Shown here: piece after piece, positions 8,357-17,095 of the stretch
How positions within the stretch are numbered: the first letter of the stretch is position 1
Layout of the letters: each line of letters begins with the position of its first letter
Assembly: GCF_052117125.1 (NCBI RefSeq)
Contig: NZ_JBQKJT010000001.1
Location: 46,684 to 70,683 of the forward strand
Length of the DNA: 24,000 nt
DNA from: Candidatus Avoscillospira sp. LCP25S3_F1
GTDB taxonomy: Bacteria; Bacillota; Clostridia; Oscillospirales; Oscillospiraceae
Direction: 5' to 3'
The notes under the pieces: generated by a model
The model's database searches: none
Seen by the model: the letters and a program-made list of their open reading frames with translations, nothing else
Told to the model about the DNA's origin: nothing
Position numbers and translations under genes: made by a program

Positions 8357-11300
8357 TTATACAAGCTGCGGTAAACTTTCTTCTTCCTTTTGCTCACGTC
8401 GTCGGATTACGGTCAATGCAACAATAGCAGCCAAGGAAAGAAGCATGGTAGAGAGCCAAAGTCCTATATTACTGCTGTCGCCGGTCTGCGGGCTGGAAAT
8501 GTGCTGTGTCCAGCCGCCACCGCTGCCGGTTCCGCCTGTGCCGCCATTCCCGCCGGGAACAACAGGCACAAGATTGTTTTTCTCAATGAAGTTTTGGAGC
8601 ATAGCCGCAATTTCAGCGCGGGTAGCGGTGCCTTTCGGGTCAAGTATTCCATTGCCCTTGCCGCTCATTACGCCGCTGCCAACTGCCCACTTCATAGCTT
8701 CCTGCGCCCAAGGGGACAAATCCCCGGCGTCTGTAAAGCCGGACAGGTCGCCGCTGGCGGTTGTGTCATAGCCCTTAAACTTCGCATAGTTGTAGAAAAT
8801 CACGGCAAGCTGTTCACGGGTCACAGGATCGCCCGGACCAAACAGGTTATCGCCATATCCCTGCATAATGCCGTTTTGCTGTACCCAAAGAACTGCGTCA
8901 TAGTACCAATCTGTACCCGGACCGTATGGCACATCGGTAAACGGGTTGGTATTCTCCACGGCGGGGCTTCCTGCCATGCGATAGAAAATCGTTGCAATCT
9001 GTGCGCGGGTGGTTGCGTCGTTCGGGGAGAATGTGGTTGCGCTGGTGCCGTTCATCAGGTTATTTTGGTAAACGAATATAACAGCTTCATAGAACCAATC
9101 GTCCGGGCGAACATCGGTAAACGGATTATTTACGCCGGTATCCGGGTTATCCTTTGCAAATACCGCTTCGATGGTGTGTTTCTTCTGCACGTCCTCAAAG
9201 GTGTAGCTTGTGACTGCGCCGACGCTCTTTCCATCTACCAGCACATCGGAAATGTGATAGCCGCTGTCCGGGGTAATGGTAAAGGTTTTGTCCGTATCTT
9301 CCCGGACGCTGACGCTGCCGGACGGAGAGATAGAGCCGCCCGTTCCTGCGCTGGCGGTAATGGTGTAATAGTCATAGCTGGAACCGCCGCCACCGCCGTT
9401 ATAACTCCAAGCTGCCGTTATCGTCGTATCGGCTGCGGGCATGGTAAAGGTGGTGCTTGCGCTGGAAGCGTCGGTAAAGGTGCCGCCGTTTGAGGAAGTC
9501 CAGCCGTTAAAGCGGTAATTGCTGCGGCTGCCCGCGTCAATATGGATAGCTTCGCCCGCGGGATATTCACCGCCGGTTGTGCTGCCGCTGCCGCCGTTCA
9601 GATTGACGGTAAGGGTATAGGTGTCAAGCACTTCAAAGGAGAGTTTCACGCTGGCGCTTGTGTTGTTGCTGCCGGAAATGGTAAGCGTTTCGGAATAGTC
9701 GCCCGCGCCAAGCCTGGTTTTGGGTTGGGCGGTAAAGCTCGCCGTACCATTTGGGGCAAGGGTGGCGGTATCATTCGTAAAGCCCTCTCCCGCTGTAATG
9801 ATGTAGTTCGTGCTGGTGGGCAGATCAACCGTTACAGTTTGGTTGCCGGTATTGGTAATGGTCACTTTTTTCGCGGCGGGGGCTTCCGTATAGCTCTCGG
9901 TGACGGTGCCAAAATCCCAGCTCTCTGTATCGGCGGAAATTGCATAGACCGGCGCGATATAGGCGGGTATGCTGATTTTCAGCACATCGCTGATATTCCC
10001 CGCCGCGTCTTGCACGACAACCGCCACATACTGGGTGTTTGCGGTGATACTGTCCAGCTCGATCTCGTTTTCTCCCGCCTTGCACGCCTGCTTGGTGTCC
10101 TGTGCGGCAATTTCCGCATTTGTCAGCGTGATTTCCGTATCCTGCGCGATATAGTAGCAGGTGCCTGCTTCGTCGCTGGTAAACTTCACCGTCGCGGTGG
10201 TGTCGCTGTCGCGGGTAGCCGAGCCATTGGAAAGCGTCGGGGCAGTGGTGTCATTTGAAACAGTAAGGCTAACCGTTTCAAACGCGCTGGCGTAATCGGT
10301 CAGTTTGGTATCGTCGTTTGCACCGCCGTTATATTGTTCGCTGAACACATTAAGGGTATAGGTTCCGTCTACAAGGGAAGTCGGAATTGTAATCTCCACT
10401 TGCCCCTCCGCACTCGTCGGCTGCGTAATTCTACCATAATATTGTGCGCCGCTATCGTCCGCAATAATGACGGAAATATATTCGTTGGGGGCGGTGTCAG
10501 CGTTATAGACCGTAGCCCCGGTGTAATTCAGCGTAATGGTATCGCCGGGCTTGCCGCTGGCGGTTTCTTCCGTTACGGAGAACTGGCGGCTGCTATCCAG
10601 CAAGGTCAGCTTCCATTCGCTGCCGTCATAATCGTCAATTTTAAAAATCGCGTCGGCGGCTTCGCCGCCTTGATTACCGCCGCCGTTGGCGGCGGGGATT
10701 TTGCCGCCTTCGGCGGCAGATGTGAAGAGGACAGAGTTCAGATCTAAATTAAAAGCGGGACGAGCAGCCCAGTCATAGGTCACGATGTAGTAGTACACAA
10801 TCCCATAAGTGAGGACCGCGCCCGCATAGTAGGTAATGAATGCGCCAGGCGAGCGGAGCCACCACACACCGGCGCTATTGCCATAATTGGCAATACGCGT
10901 ATTGTCATCGGTAAAACCGTATGCGCTGTTTTCCGCTTCCTCTGCCGAGAGGAAAAATACCTTGTCCCCGTTTAGGATATTTTCAGAGGCGGCAAATGGT
11001 ACGCTATATGTACTGCTGGTAAATGCTCCATCGCTTTTCGTGGTTGCAAGCACCGCGCCCTGCTCGCCCTCGGAAAAATTGCCGTTGTAAAAGGTTCTAC
11101 ACCAGTCCTGCGCCGTACTGCCTTGCCATACGTTGCTGCCGTTTCCGCTGTTATCAAAATACACATCTCCGAAACTGCCTGTTCCAAGCAGCGCGTCGGA
11201 GAGCAGGAAAAGGCCGCTTCCCCCGGTGTTGGTCTGGTCGTCCAAAACCCGCCATTTGATTGGGTTTTCCTCCCATGTCCCGAAATAGATGTTATCGGCC

Positions 11301-11452
11301 TGCCCGCCGCTGATATTGGCGGCAGTCCCGCTGTCCACAAGCTGTATCGCCTTGCCGGTATCTGTTCCCGCCGCAAAAGCGACCTGTGGCAAGAGCCCTG
11401 CCACAAGACAGATGGCAAGCAGTAAGCTGATTATTTTTCGTTTCGGTTTCAT
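8357..11452 (-). CDS. DGR target: secreted multidomain cell-surface protein (1031 aa) with SLH domains and a sortase signal
   Basis: ATG 11452 (GAAGGA upstream) gives the signal peptide [29 protein letters not shown]. The N-proximal module (IKWRVLDD...VFFLSAEEA...GVWWLRSP...[10 protein letters not shown]) contains the VR. An Ig-like region and a Listeria-Bacteroides-type repeat ([16 protein letters not shown]) follow. Three SLH repeats (FTDV..DW.Y.AV, about 8579-9131) come next. The C-terminus has SPQTG (8480-8494), a hydrophobic helix and an RRREQK tail. Confidence 0.9.
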   Translation of the reverse strand: MKPKRKIISLLLAICLVAGLLPQVAFAAGTDTGKAIQLVDSGTAANISGGQADNIYFGTWEENPIKWRVLDDQTNTGGSGLFLLSDALLGTGSFGDVYFDNSGNGSNVWQGSTAQDWCRTFYNGNFSEGEQGAVLATTKSDGAFTSSTYSVPFAASENILNGDKVFFLSAEEAENSAYGFTDDNTRIANYGNSAGVWWLRSPGAFITYYAGAVLTYGIVYYYIVTYDWAARPAFNLDLNSVLFTSAAEGGKIPAANGGGNQGGEAADAIFKIDDYDGSEWKLTLLDSSRQFSVTEETASGKPGDTITLNYTGATVYNADTAPNEYISVIIADDSGAQYYGRITQPTSAEGQVEITIPTSLVDGTYTLNVFSEQYNGGANDDTKLTDYASAFETVSLTVSNDTTAPTLSNGSATRDSDTTATVKFTSDEAGTCYYIAQDTEITLTNAEIAAQDTKQACKAGENEIELDSITANTQYVAVVVQDAAGNISDVLKISIPAYIAPVYAISADTESWDFGTVTESYTEAPAAKKVTITNTGNQTVTVDLPTSTNYIITAGEGFTNDTATLAPNGTASFTAQPKTRLGAGDYSETLTISGSNNTSASVKLSFEVLDTYTLTVNLNGGSGSTTGGEYPAGEAIHIDAGSRSNYRFNGWTSSNGGTFTDASSASTTFTMPAADTTITAAWSYNGGGGGSSYDYYTITASAGTGGSISPSGSVSVREDTDKTFTITPDSGYHISDVLVDGKSVGAVTSYTFEDVQKKHTIEAVFAKDNPDTGVNNPFTDVRPDDWFYEAVIFVYQNNLMNGTSATTFSPNDATTRAQIATIFYRMAGSPAVENTNPFTDVPYGPGTDWYYDAVLWVQQNGIMQGYGDNLFGPGDPVTREQLAVIFYNYAKFKGYDTTASGDLSGFTDAGDLSPWAQEAMKWAVGSGVMSGKGNGILDPKGTATRAEIAAMLQNFIEKNNLVPVVPGGNGGTGGTGSGGGWTQHISSPQTGDSSNIGLWLSTMLLSLAAIVALTVIRRREQKEEESLPQLV
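10655..10717 (-). promoter_or_regulatory. three short GC hairpins 38-100 nt downstream of the VR (possible DGR target-recognition structures)
   Basis: ggcggc-ttc-gccgcc (10655-10669), ccgccgcc-gtt-ggcggcgg (10677-10695) and gccgcc-ttc-ggcggc (10703-10717). Confidence 0.45.
10755..10876 (-). repeat. DGR variable repeat (VR)
   Basis: 122 nt aligned without gaps to 12842-12963 (offset 2087). There are 21 mismatches, 18 of them at TR adenines on the coding (minus) strand. Confidence 0.9.
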
Positions 11453-11483
11453 TTTATGTCCTTCTGTCCTTTTCTTCACATCT

Positions 11484-12563
11484 TTATGCGTTTTCGGGCG
11501 TTTCACCCGGAACTGCCATTACTTCTCCTTTCGGGGCTTTTGTCAGTACAAACTTTCCATATATCTTCGCTTGCAGCTTCCATGTATGCCCATGCTGCAA
11601 ATGCCCGTCGTAGCTTGCAAGGCTGCGCTTGATTGCGTCAAAATCCATCTCCCCGCTGCGGTATTTCTCTTGAAAGGCTTTCAGCCGCCTCTTAAACCGC
11701 CGCTTATTGCTTGTCCGAAGCCGCCGTATGACCTTGCCCGTATCGGTCAGATAAAACCTCCAGCCGAGATAATCCACGCCCTCCGAAACGGGGAAAATCT
11801 GCGTTTTCTCGTTAAACTCAAGTTTCAGCTTTTCAGCCGCAAACGCCCGGATTTCCGCAAGGCAGGTTTTTAAGTGTTCTTTATCCTCATGCAGCAAAAT
11901 CAAATCGTCCATATACCGGGTATAGTATTTGATTTTGTACTTTTCCTTAATGATACGGTCTATCCGGTCAAGATAGTACAGGGCAAACCATTGGCTTGAC
12001 TGATTTCCCATCGGCAGCCCTTTTCCCGTATCGGCGTTAAAGCTGTCGATGACCTGATACAGAAACGTCAAAACCTCTTTATCGGGAAAACGCCGGAGTA
12101 AGTACTTCAATACGCCGTGGTCGATACTGTCAAAATATTTTCGCACGTCGCATTTCAGAAAATATCCCTTTGTGCCATGCTCTTTGTAAAACGCCTGTAA
12201 AAACCCTGTCAAACGTTTCATGGCAAAATGCGTCCCCTTATTTTCCCGGCAAGCCGCGCAATCGTAAATCAACCGTTTTTCAAAATACGGCTTCAATACG
12301 TTGTCGCATAGGCTGTGCTGCACCACACGTCCCCGAAAAGAGAGGGCTTGTATTTCCCGCTTCTTCGGGTCGTAAATCATAAAGCGGTGGTAGGGCGGCG
12401 TTTGATAGCGTCTGTTCTCCAACTCATCGTGCAGCTTCCAGAGGTTTTCCGCAAGGTTTAGTTCAAACTCGATCACTTCCCTTTTTGTACGCTTGCACCG
12501 CGCCGCCATTTTATATGCCCGGTACAGGTTTTCAAACTGATATATTTTCTCATACTCCGTCAT
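11484..12563 (-). CDS. DGR reverse transcriptase
   Basis: [54 protein letters not shown] (the DGR-type xGNxxSQ motif) and [14 protein letters not shown] 12563 is preceded by AAGGAG plus 10 nt. Upstream in-frame starts at 12614 and 12632 lack a ribosome-binding site. Confidence 0.9.
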   Translation of the reverse strand: MTEYEKIYQFENLYRAYKMAARCKRTKREVIEFELNLAENLWKLHDELENRRYQTPPYHRFMIYDPKKREIQALSFRGRVVQHSLCDNVLKPYFEKRLIYDCAACRENKGTHFAMKRLTGFLQAFYKEHGTKGYFLKCDVRKYFDSIDHGVLKYLLRRFPDKEVLTFLYQVIDSFNADTGKGLPMGNQSSQWFALYYLDRIDRIIKEKYKIKYYTRYMDDLILLHEDKEHLKTCLAEIRAFAAEKLKLEFNEKTQIFPVSEGVDYLGWRFYLTDTGKVIRRLRTSNKRRFKRRLKAFQEKYRSGEMDFDAIKRSLASYDGHLQHGHTWKLQAKIYGKFVLTKAPKGEVMAVPGETPENA

Positions 12564-12841
12564 GCGGACTATGCTCCTTATCTCACCGCCGGGAAAGAGC
12601 GTTTCAAAGGCCATAATGGGCTGCTCTTTCAAAGAAACCGAAAGCGTCCTGCCGGGCTTGCTCTGCCGCTTGCCCCGTTTGCGTCCGGCTGCTCCGGCGG
12701 CATGTGTTTTTCCGCGCTTTGCTTCTCCATGACACCCCTGCGCGAAAGGGAATAGGGTTCCTTTGCCTTATGCAAGCAAGCCTTTTTTCCGGCCTGCACG
12801 GGTATGACGCGCCTGCGGCATACTTCGGGCGATAAGGCGAC

Positions 12842-12963
12842 GCGGGACGAGCAGCCCAGTCATTGTTCACGTTGTTGTTGTTCACATTACCATTGTTGTT
12901 GACCGCGCCCGCATTGTTCGTATTGTTTGCGTTAGGCGAGCGGAGCCACCACACACCGGCGCT
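12842..12963 (-). repeat. DGR template repeat (TR)
   Basis: It contains 15 AAY codons (conceptual translation [41 protein letters not shown]). It lies 46 nt after avd and 278 nt before the RT start. Confidence 0.9.
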
Positions 12964-13009
12964 CAAAGTTTTTACAACCCTATCCCGTATATGATGAAAG
13001 CCTTTCGGC

Positions 13010-13399
13010 TTACACCCCCAGTCGTTTCCTGTCGCTGTTCAGCCATGCGCCCAGCATGTTCTGGCAGTCGTGGATTTTCTTTGTGATCTGCTCATACTGC
13101 TTTGGCAGTATGCAGCCCTGCTCCATAGATAGCTGCGCCATATAGCCCAATAGTTTCAATTCCGTCAAGGCTTGGTGCTGGAAGTCTATGCGCTGCTGCG
13201 CCTTTTCTCTGTCGCCCGCTTTGACAAACACCTCGTTTGCCCGGTACAGGTTTTCGATAATGTTCAGCGCGTAGTTTTGCAGCTTTGCAACAAGGGCAAA
13301 TCGGAAACGCTTTGGCGATTTATCCGTTACCGTCATCACATAGGAGCAGAGGTCTTTTGCTTTTGTGATAACCGCCAACTCGCTTTGATAAGCCGCCAT
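13010..13399 (-). CDS. avd: DGR accessory variability determinant (Avd-like four-helix-bundle protein, 129 aa)
   Basis: Size, predicted all-helical composition, a basic C-terminus (LGAWLNSDRKRLGV) and its position immediately 5' of the TR. AAGAGGA precedes the ATG at 13399. Confidence 0.75.
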   Translation of the reverse strand: MAAYQSELAVITKAKDLCSYVMTVTDKSPKRFRFALVAKLQNYALNIIENLYRANEVFVKAGDREKAQQRIDFQHQALTELKLLGYMAQLSMEQGCILPKQYEQITKKIHDCQNMLGAWLNSDRKRLGV

Positions 13400-13453
13400 G
13401 CTGATTCCTCTTTATACCTGTGTGGTTGAACTTTCCACAATTCTGCCATACGC

Positions 13454-13504
13454 AAAAAAGGCGCGTCACGCCTACGGCAAAGCCGTCGACGCAGCGCGCC
13501 TTTT
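13454..13504 (-). terminator. hairpin with flanking A/T runs upstream of avd (terminator-like on the minus strand)
   Basis: aaaaggcgcg (13456-13465) pairs with cgcgcctttt (13495-13504). The minus-strand reading ends in tttttt. Confidence 0.45.
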
Positions 13505-13550
13505 AACACGGTAATATTGAATTTTGAGCAGCACAAAAGGACAGACTTAT

Positions 13551-13612
<62 letters not shown>

Positions 13613-13864
13613 GTCAGTGTATTGCAAAGAAGCATTGCTTGTCAAGCCCCCTTTTCACGAAATCTTTCTGAAACGGTACCTTATGCACCCCCCGCTTTTG
13701 ATATAAAAATATAATATAAATTATATAGGAAAAGACCGCAAAAAGCAACACCATTCCCGAAAGGTTCACAAAATATTTCCCAAATCTGTAAGGTTCGCCC
13801 CTTTGGCAATTCCCGCCCCTGCGGTGTTGTAGAGAACAAAGGAAAAAGTTTCGTAGCAAGCATA

Positions 13865-13902
13865 GGAAAGGGGTACCCTTTCCGTATTTTCGCCCTCTGC
13901 GC
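13865..13902 (+). promoter_or_regulatory. candidate oriT (inverted repeat plus downstream GC-rich nick region)
   Basis: ggaaaggg-gta-ccctttcc (13865-13883) is followed by gtattttcgccctctgcgc, about 75 nt upstream of mobC. The layout resembles MOBQ-type oriTs (an IR, then ..GCGCCCT..). Confidence 0.35.
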
Positions 13903-13976
13903 TCTGCGGCGCGGCGGTTGAAAATTGCTTGTTGGGAAGCGTCCCAAACCCTCTAAGCAGAAAGGAGCGTCGGCGC

Positions 13977-14306
13977 ATGGACGGACGGAAAAGAACAGTG
14001 CAAATCAAATTTAGAGTAACCGAGGAAGAACGGGCATTGATTGAGGAAAAAATGAAGCTCGTCCCCACTCGGAACATGGAAGCCTATCTGCGGAAAATGG
14101 CAATCGACGGGTACATCATTCAGATAGATCATAGCGACATAAAGGCTATGACTGCGGAAATACAGAAAATCGGGGTCAATATCAATCAGATTGCAAAGCG
14201 CGTCAATGCGACGGGCAGCGTTTACCAAGAGGACATAGAGGAAATAAAGGGGGTGCTTGCGGAGATATGGCGGTTACAAAGATTAAACCTGTTAAAAGCA
14301 CGTTGA
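13977..14306 (+). CDS. mobC: MobC-family relaxosome accessory protein
   Basis: MDGRKRTVQIKFRVTEEERALIEEKMK...GVNINQIAKRVNATG is the MobC pattern. AAAGGAG plus 9 nt precedes ATG 13977. Confidence 0.8.
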   Translation: MDGRKRTVQIKFRVTEEERALIEEKMKLVPTRNMEAYLRKMAIDGYIIQIDHSDIKAMTAEIQKIGVNINQIAKRVNATGSVYQEDIEEIKGVLAEIWRLQRLNLLKAR

Positions 14307-15610
14307 GCAAAGCCCTTGACTATATCCAAAACCCGGACAAGACGGACGGGAAAATGCTGGTGTCCTCTTTTGGCTGCTCCTATGAAACGGCAGACATTGA
14401 GTTTGGATTTACCCTGTCGCAGGCTCTGGACAAGGGAAATAACCTCGCCCATCACTTGATACAATCCTTTGAGCCGGGGGAAGTCGATTATGAAAAAGCC
14501 CATGAGATCGGGCGGCAGCTTGCCGACGCGGTAACAAAGGGACAGCATGAATACGTTTTGACAACGCACATTGACAAGGGGCATATCCATAACCACATCA
14601 TTTTTTGCGCGGTCAACTTTGTAGATCACCACAAGTATGTTTCCAACAAGCGCAGTTATTACGGCATACGCAACATCAGTGACAGGCTGTGCCGGGAAAA
14701 CGGCTTGTCGGTGGTTGTGCCGGAGAAAGGCAGCAGGGGGAAAAATTATGCCGCATACCACAAGGAGAAATCCGCAAAGGCAAAACTAAAGATTGCCGTT
14801 GATACCCTTATCCCGCAAGTAAGCAGCTTTGAGGAATTGCTATCCCGCCTGCAAGGGTTGGGCTATGAGATAAAGCGCGGAAAATATATGTCCTGCCTTG
14901 TACCAGGGCAGGAACGGTTTACCCGCTTAAAAACCATTGGCGCAGACTACACCGAGGAAGCAATCCGGGAACGGATAGAGGGCAAGCGTACCCATGCGGC
15001 AAAAGCCCCGAAAACAGATCGGGGCGTCAGCCTGCTTATTGACATTGAGAATAATATCAAGGCGGCGCAGAGCCGGGGCTATGAGCAATGGGCGAAAATC
15101 TACAATCTGAAACAGGCGGCAAAAACGTACAACTTCCTCACGGCGCATGGGATTGAACAGTATGCGGATTTGACCGCCAAAATTGCGGAAGTCCAAGTGG
15201 CAAGCGAACAGGCAGCAGCCACACTAAAAGACGTGGAAACAAGGCTTTCCGATATGGCGGTACTTATCAAGAATACTACCACCTATCAAAAGACAAAGCC
15301 TGCCTATGACGCATACCGCAAGGCAAAGAATAAGGGCAGCTACCGGGCAGCCCATGAGCGCGAAATTATTTTGCATGAAGCAGCAGCAAAGGCACTAAAG
15401 GCGGCGGGCGTTTCCAAACTTCCCGATGTTGCCGCGCTGCAAGCGGAATATGTCAAACTGCAAGAGCAAAAAGAAGCCCTGTACGCCGAGTATGGCAAGC
15501 GCAAAAAACAGGTCAGGGAATACGACGTTATCAAGCGGAATGTTGACAGCTACTTGCGTCTGAACCGGGAGCCGGACAAAGAAAAGGAAAAGGACGAACA
15601 GCACTTATAG
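14267..15610 (+). CDS. relaxase / mobilization nuclease (MobA/VirD2-type)
   Basis: N-terminal Y-containing region ALDYIQNPDKT, the histidine triad THIDKGHIHNHIIF, and a long coiled C-terminal half. Confidence 0.9.
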   Translation: MAVTKIKPVKSTLSKALDYIQNPDKTDGKMLVSSFGCSYETADIEFGFTLSQALDKGNNLAHHLIQSFEPGEVDYEKAHEIGRQLADAVTKGQHEYVLTTHIDKGHIHNHIIFCAVNFVDHHKYVSNKRSYYGIRNISDRLCRENGLSVVVPEKGSRGKNYAAYHKEKSAKAKLKIAVDTLIPQVSSFEELLSRLQGLGYEIKRGKYMSCLVPGQERFTRLKTIGADYTEEAIRERIEGKRTHAAKAPKTDRGVSLLIDIENNIKAAQSRGYEQWAKIYNLKQAAKTYNFLTAHGIEQYADLTAKIAEVQVASEQAAATLKDVETRLSDMAVLIKNTTTYQKTKPAYDAYRKAKNKGSYRAAHEREIILHEAAAKALKAAGVSKLPDVAALQAEYVKLQEQKEALYAEYGKRKKQVREYDVIKRNVDSYLRLNREPDKEKEKDEQHL

Positions 15611-15850
15611 CTCAAATGGGTTAATGCCCGCGTCTACATGGGTTGCTATGTAGGTTATCACTTCTTCGGGGGTTGGGACTTCTCCCTTGCAAGGTATCTT
15701 TTTCCAGCGTTCTTGAACTGCGGGGTCTGGATTACACATACCCGCCAACATTGCTATTTTGATATGGTCGCGGATATATTTCACGCTTTTACCCTCCCGC
15801 AAAGCAATCATCTGTATTGCCCGTTCTGCGTCAATTTTTTTCTTTTTCAT
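15605..15850 (-). CDS. small hypothetical protein (81 aa)
   Basis: ORF track with ATG 15850 chosen (MKKKKIDAERAIQMIALREGKSVKYIRDHIKIAM..). It faintly resembles Spo0A C-terminal-like DNA-binding proteins of mobile elements; this is not secure. Confidence 0.45.
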   Translation of the reverse strand: MKKKKIDAERAIQMIALREGKSVKYIRDHIKIAMLAGMCNPDPAVQERWKKIPCKGEVPTPEEVITYIATHVDAGINPFEL

Positions 15851-15883
15851 AATACAAAATCGCCTTTCCATATTTTTTAGAAC

Positions 15884-15955
15884 TGACATTTAGTGAATGT
15901 CAATGCCAACATAATTTTAGCATATACTTTTTTCTGTGACAATCACTAAATGTCA
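15884..15955. promoter_or_regulatory. pair of 19-bp operator-like sites in a divergent promoter region
   Basis: tgacatttagtgaatgtca (15884-15902) and tgacaatcactaaatgtca (15937-15955) are reverse complements of each other at 18/19 positions. Each has TGACA-N9-TGTCA symmetry. Confidence 0.45.
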
Positions 15956-15970
15956 AACAGGAGAGCCGAT

Positions 15971-16219
15971 ATGTATAAGAACAAAGCAAAAGACGGAAAG
16001 AACAACATCAGCGGACGAAAGATAAAAGCCTTTCGGGAAGCTATGGCTACCAAGCCATCACAAAAGGAATTGGCTGATCTGCTGCAAATTGCAGGGCTGG
16101 ACGTTGATAAGAACGCCATACAGCGAATTGAAAGCGGACAGAGGTTTGTGACAGACATTGAATTAAGAGTAATCGCAAAGGTCTTAAATGTCAGTTATGA
16201 AGATTTGCTTGACGAATAA
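15971..16219 (+). CDS. XRE-family HTH transcriptional regulator
   Basis: ISGRKIKAFREAMATKPSQKELADLLQIAGLDVDKNAIQRIESGQRFVTDIEL. CAGGAG precedes ATG 15971. Confidence 0.8.
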   Translation: MYKNKAKDGKNNISGRKIKAFREAMATKPSQKELADLLQIAGLDVDKNAIQRIESGQRFVTDIELRVIAKVLNVSYEDLLDE

Positions 16220-16294
16220 GGGCATAAAGACATGGCTTTTTTGCCCCGCTTGTGCTATGCTTATCCTATCTTGAAAAGCAAGGAGTGATAAGGC

Positions 16295-16540
16295 GTGGCG
16301 GGAGAAAAGTTACTTGATCTTGAAACGATAAAAGCCGCTGTTGCCGGTGAGAAGTGGGCGGTACAAAAGGTCATTGAGCATTATTCCGACGAGATAGACC
16401 GTGAAAGTACCGTGAACGTCGAGCAGCCGGACGGAAGCATAAAAAAAGAGCTTGACGAGGATTTACGTCAAGCCATTATCTTAAAACTGATAGAAGCAAT
16501 CCCACAATTCCCGCTTTCCAATGGGCAGTACAAAGAATAG
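16295..16540 (+). CDS. helix-turn-helix protein of the conjugative-transposon regulatory type (81 aa)
   Basis: GTG 16295 is preceded by AAGGAG plus 9 nt. IKAAVAGEKWAVQKVIEHYSDEI...LKLIEAIPQF is paralogous to 7132-7374. Confidence 0.6.
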   Translation: MAGEKLLDLETIKAAVAGEKWAVQKVIEHYSDEIDRESTVNVEQPDGSIKKELDEDLRQAIILKLIEAIPQFPLSNGQYKE

Positions 16541-16580
16541 TGCGTAACGGTCAAACAGACCGTCACGCACTATTCTTTTT
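16539..16580. terminator. bidirectional terminator between convergent genes
   Basis: agtgcgtaacggtc-aaaca-gaccgtcacgcact (one mismatch), then attcttttt. It overlaps both stop codons. Confidence 0.7.
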
Positions 16581-16926
16581 GTCTTAATTTCGCGTCCTTG
16601 CGGATCGCGTCTTTCGCGGCTTTTAACAGGTCAGATAATATGCGTATCTCGTAATCGTCACAATCGGCAACAATCGTCTGTATCTCCTGTGAAAAAATCT
16701 CTTTGGAGCGAATGACGTTATCGCAGAGAAATTCATCGACGGAAACAGAAAGGGCATTTGCCAACGCAATAATCATCGGCAAACTAAGTTTTGAGCTGCC
16801 GGTTTCAATGTTGCTCATGTGGGTAGTGGAAAGCCCCGCCATTTCCGCTAATGCTTCTTGTGTTAAGTCTGCCTTTATCCGCGCAATTTTTATTCGTTTT
16901 CCTATCGCCTTGTAGTCTAATTCCAT
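16570..16926 (-). CDS. XRE-family HTH transcriptional regulator
   Basis: IGKRIKIARIKADLTQEALAEMAGLSTTHMSNIETGSSKLSLPMIIALANALSVSVDEFL. GAGGA plus 9 nt precedes ATG 16926. Confidence 0.85.
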   Translation of the reverse strand: MELDYKAIGKRIKIARIKADLTQEALAEMAGLSTTHMSNIETGSSKLSLPMIIALANALSVSVDEFLCDNVIRSKEIFSQEIQTIVADCDDYEIRILSDLLKAAKDAIRKDAKLRQKE

Positions 16927-17095
16927 ACGCAAAAGTCCTCACATCATATTCATTCCCTACACCTCCATATTGTAAATTAACCAGCTTCCATATATAATAA
17001 ACTGTATAAAGGAAACATTTACTTGTTTTATTTTTATAAAACATAATTTTATAACATGGGCTGATTGCTATTTTTTATGAACTGGTGGGAATATT

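Larger units (their letters stand above)
8357..13399 (-). other. diversity-generating retroelement cassette: avd - TR - RT - target gene (VR)
   Basis: See the component features. All components are on the minus strand with short intergenic gaps. Confidence 0.9.

Noticed and set aside
8390-10747. Long plus-strand ORFs (367, 238, 137 aa) rich in Gly/Ala/Arg/Cys
   Set aside because: These are shadow ORFs on the antisense strand of the GC-rich surface-protein gene, with no ribosome-binding sites or domains.
11484-12632. RT as a group II intron maturase or retron RT
   Set aside because: There is no intron domain V/VI-like RNA, no maturase X or endonuclease domain, and no msr/msd-like inverted repeats. 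The adenine-specific TR/VR pair, the Avd gene and the xGNxxSQ motif identify a DGR.
12604-12966. 120-aa minus-strand ORF with an Asn-rich run (NANNTNNAGAVNNNGNVNNNNVNN)
   Set aside because: This is the conceptual translation of the DGR template repeat and spacer. It has no ribosome-binding site, and its only homology is to the VR segment of the target gene. TRs are non-coding templates.
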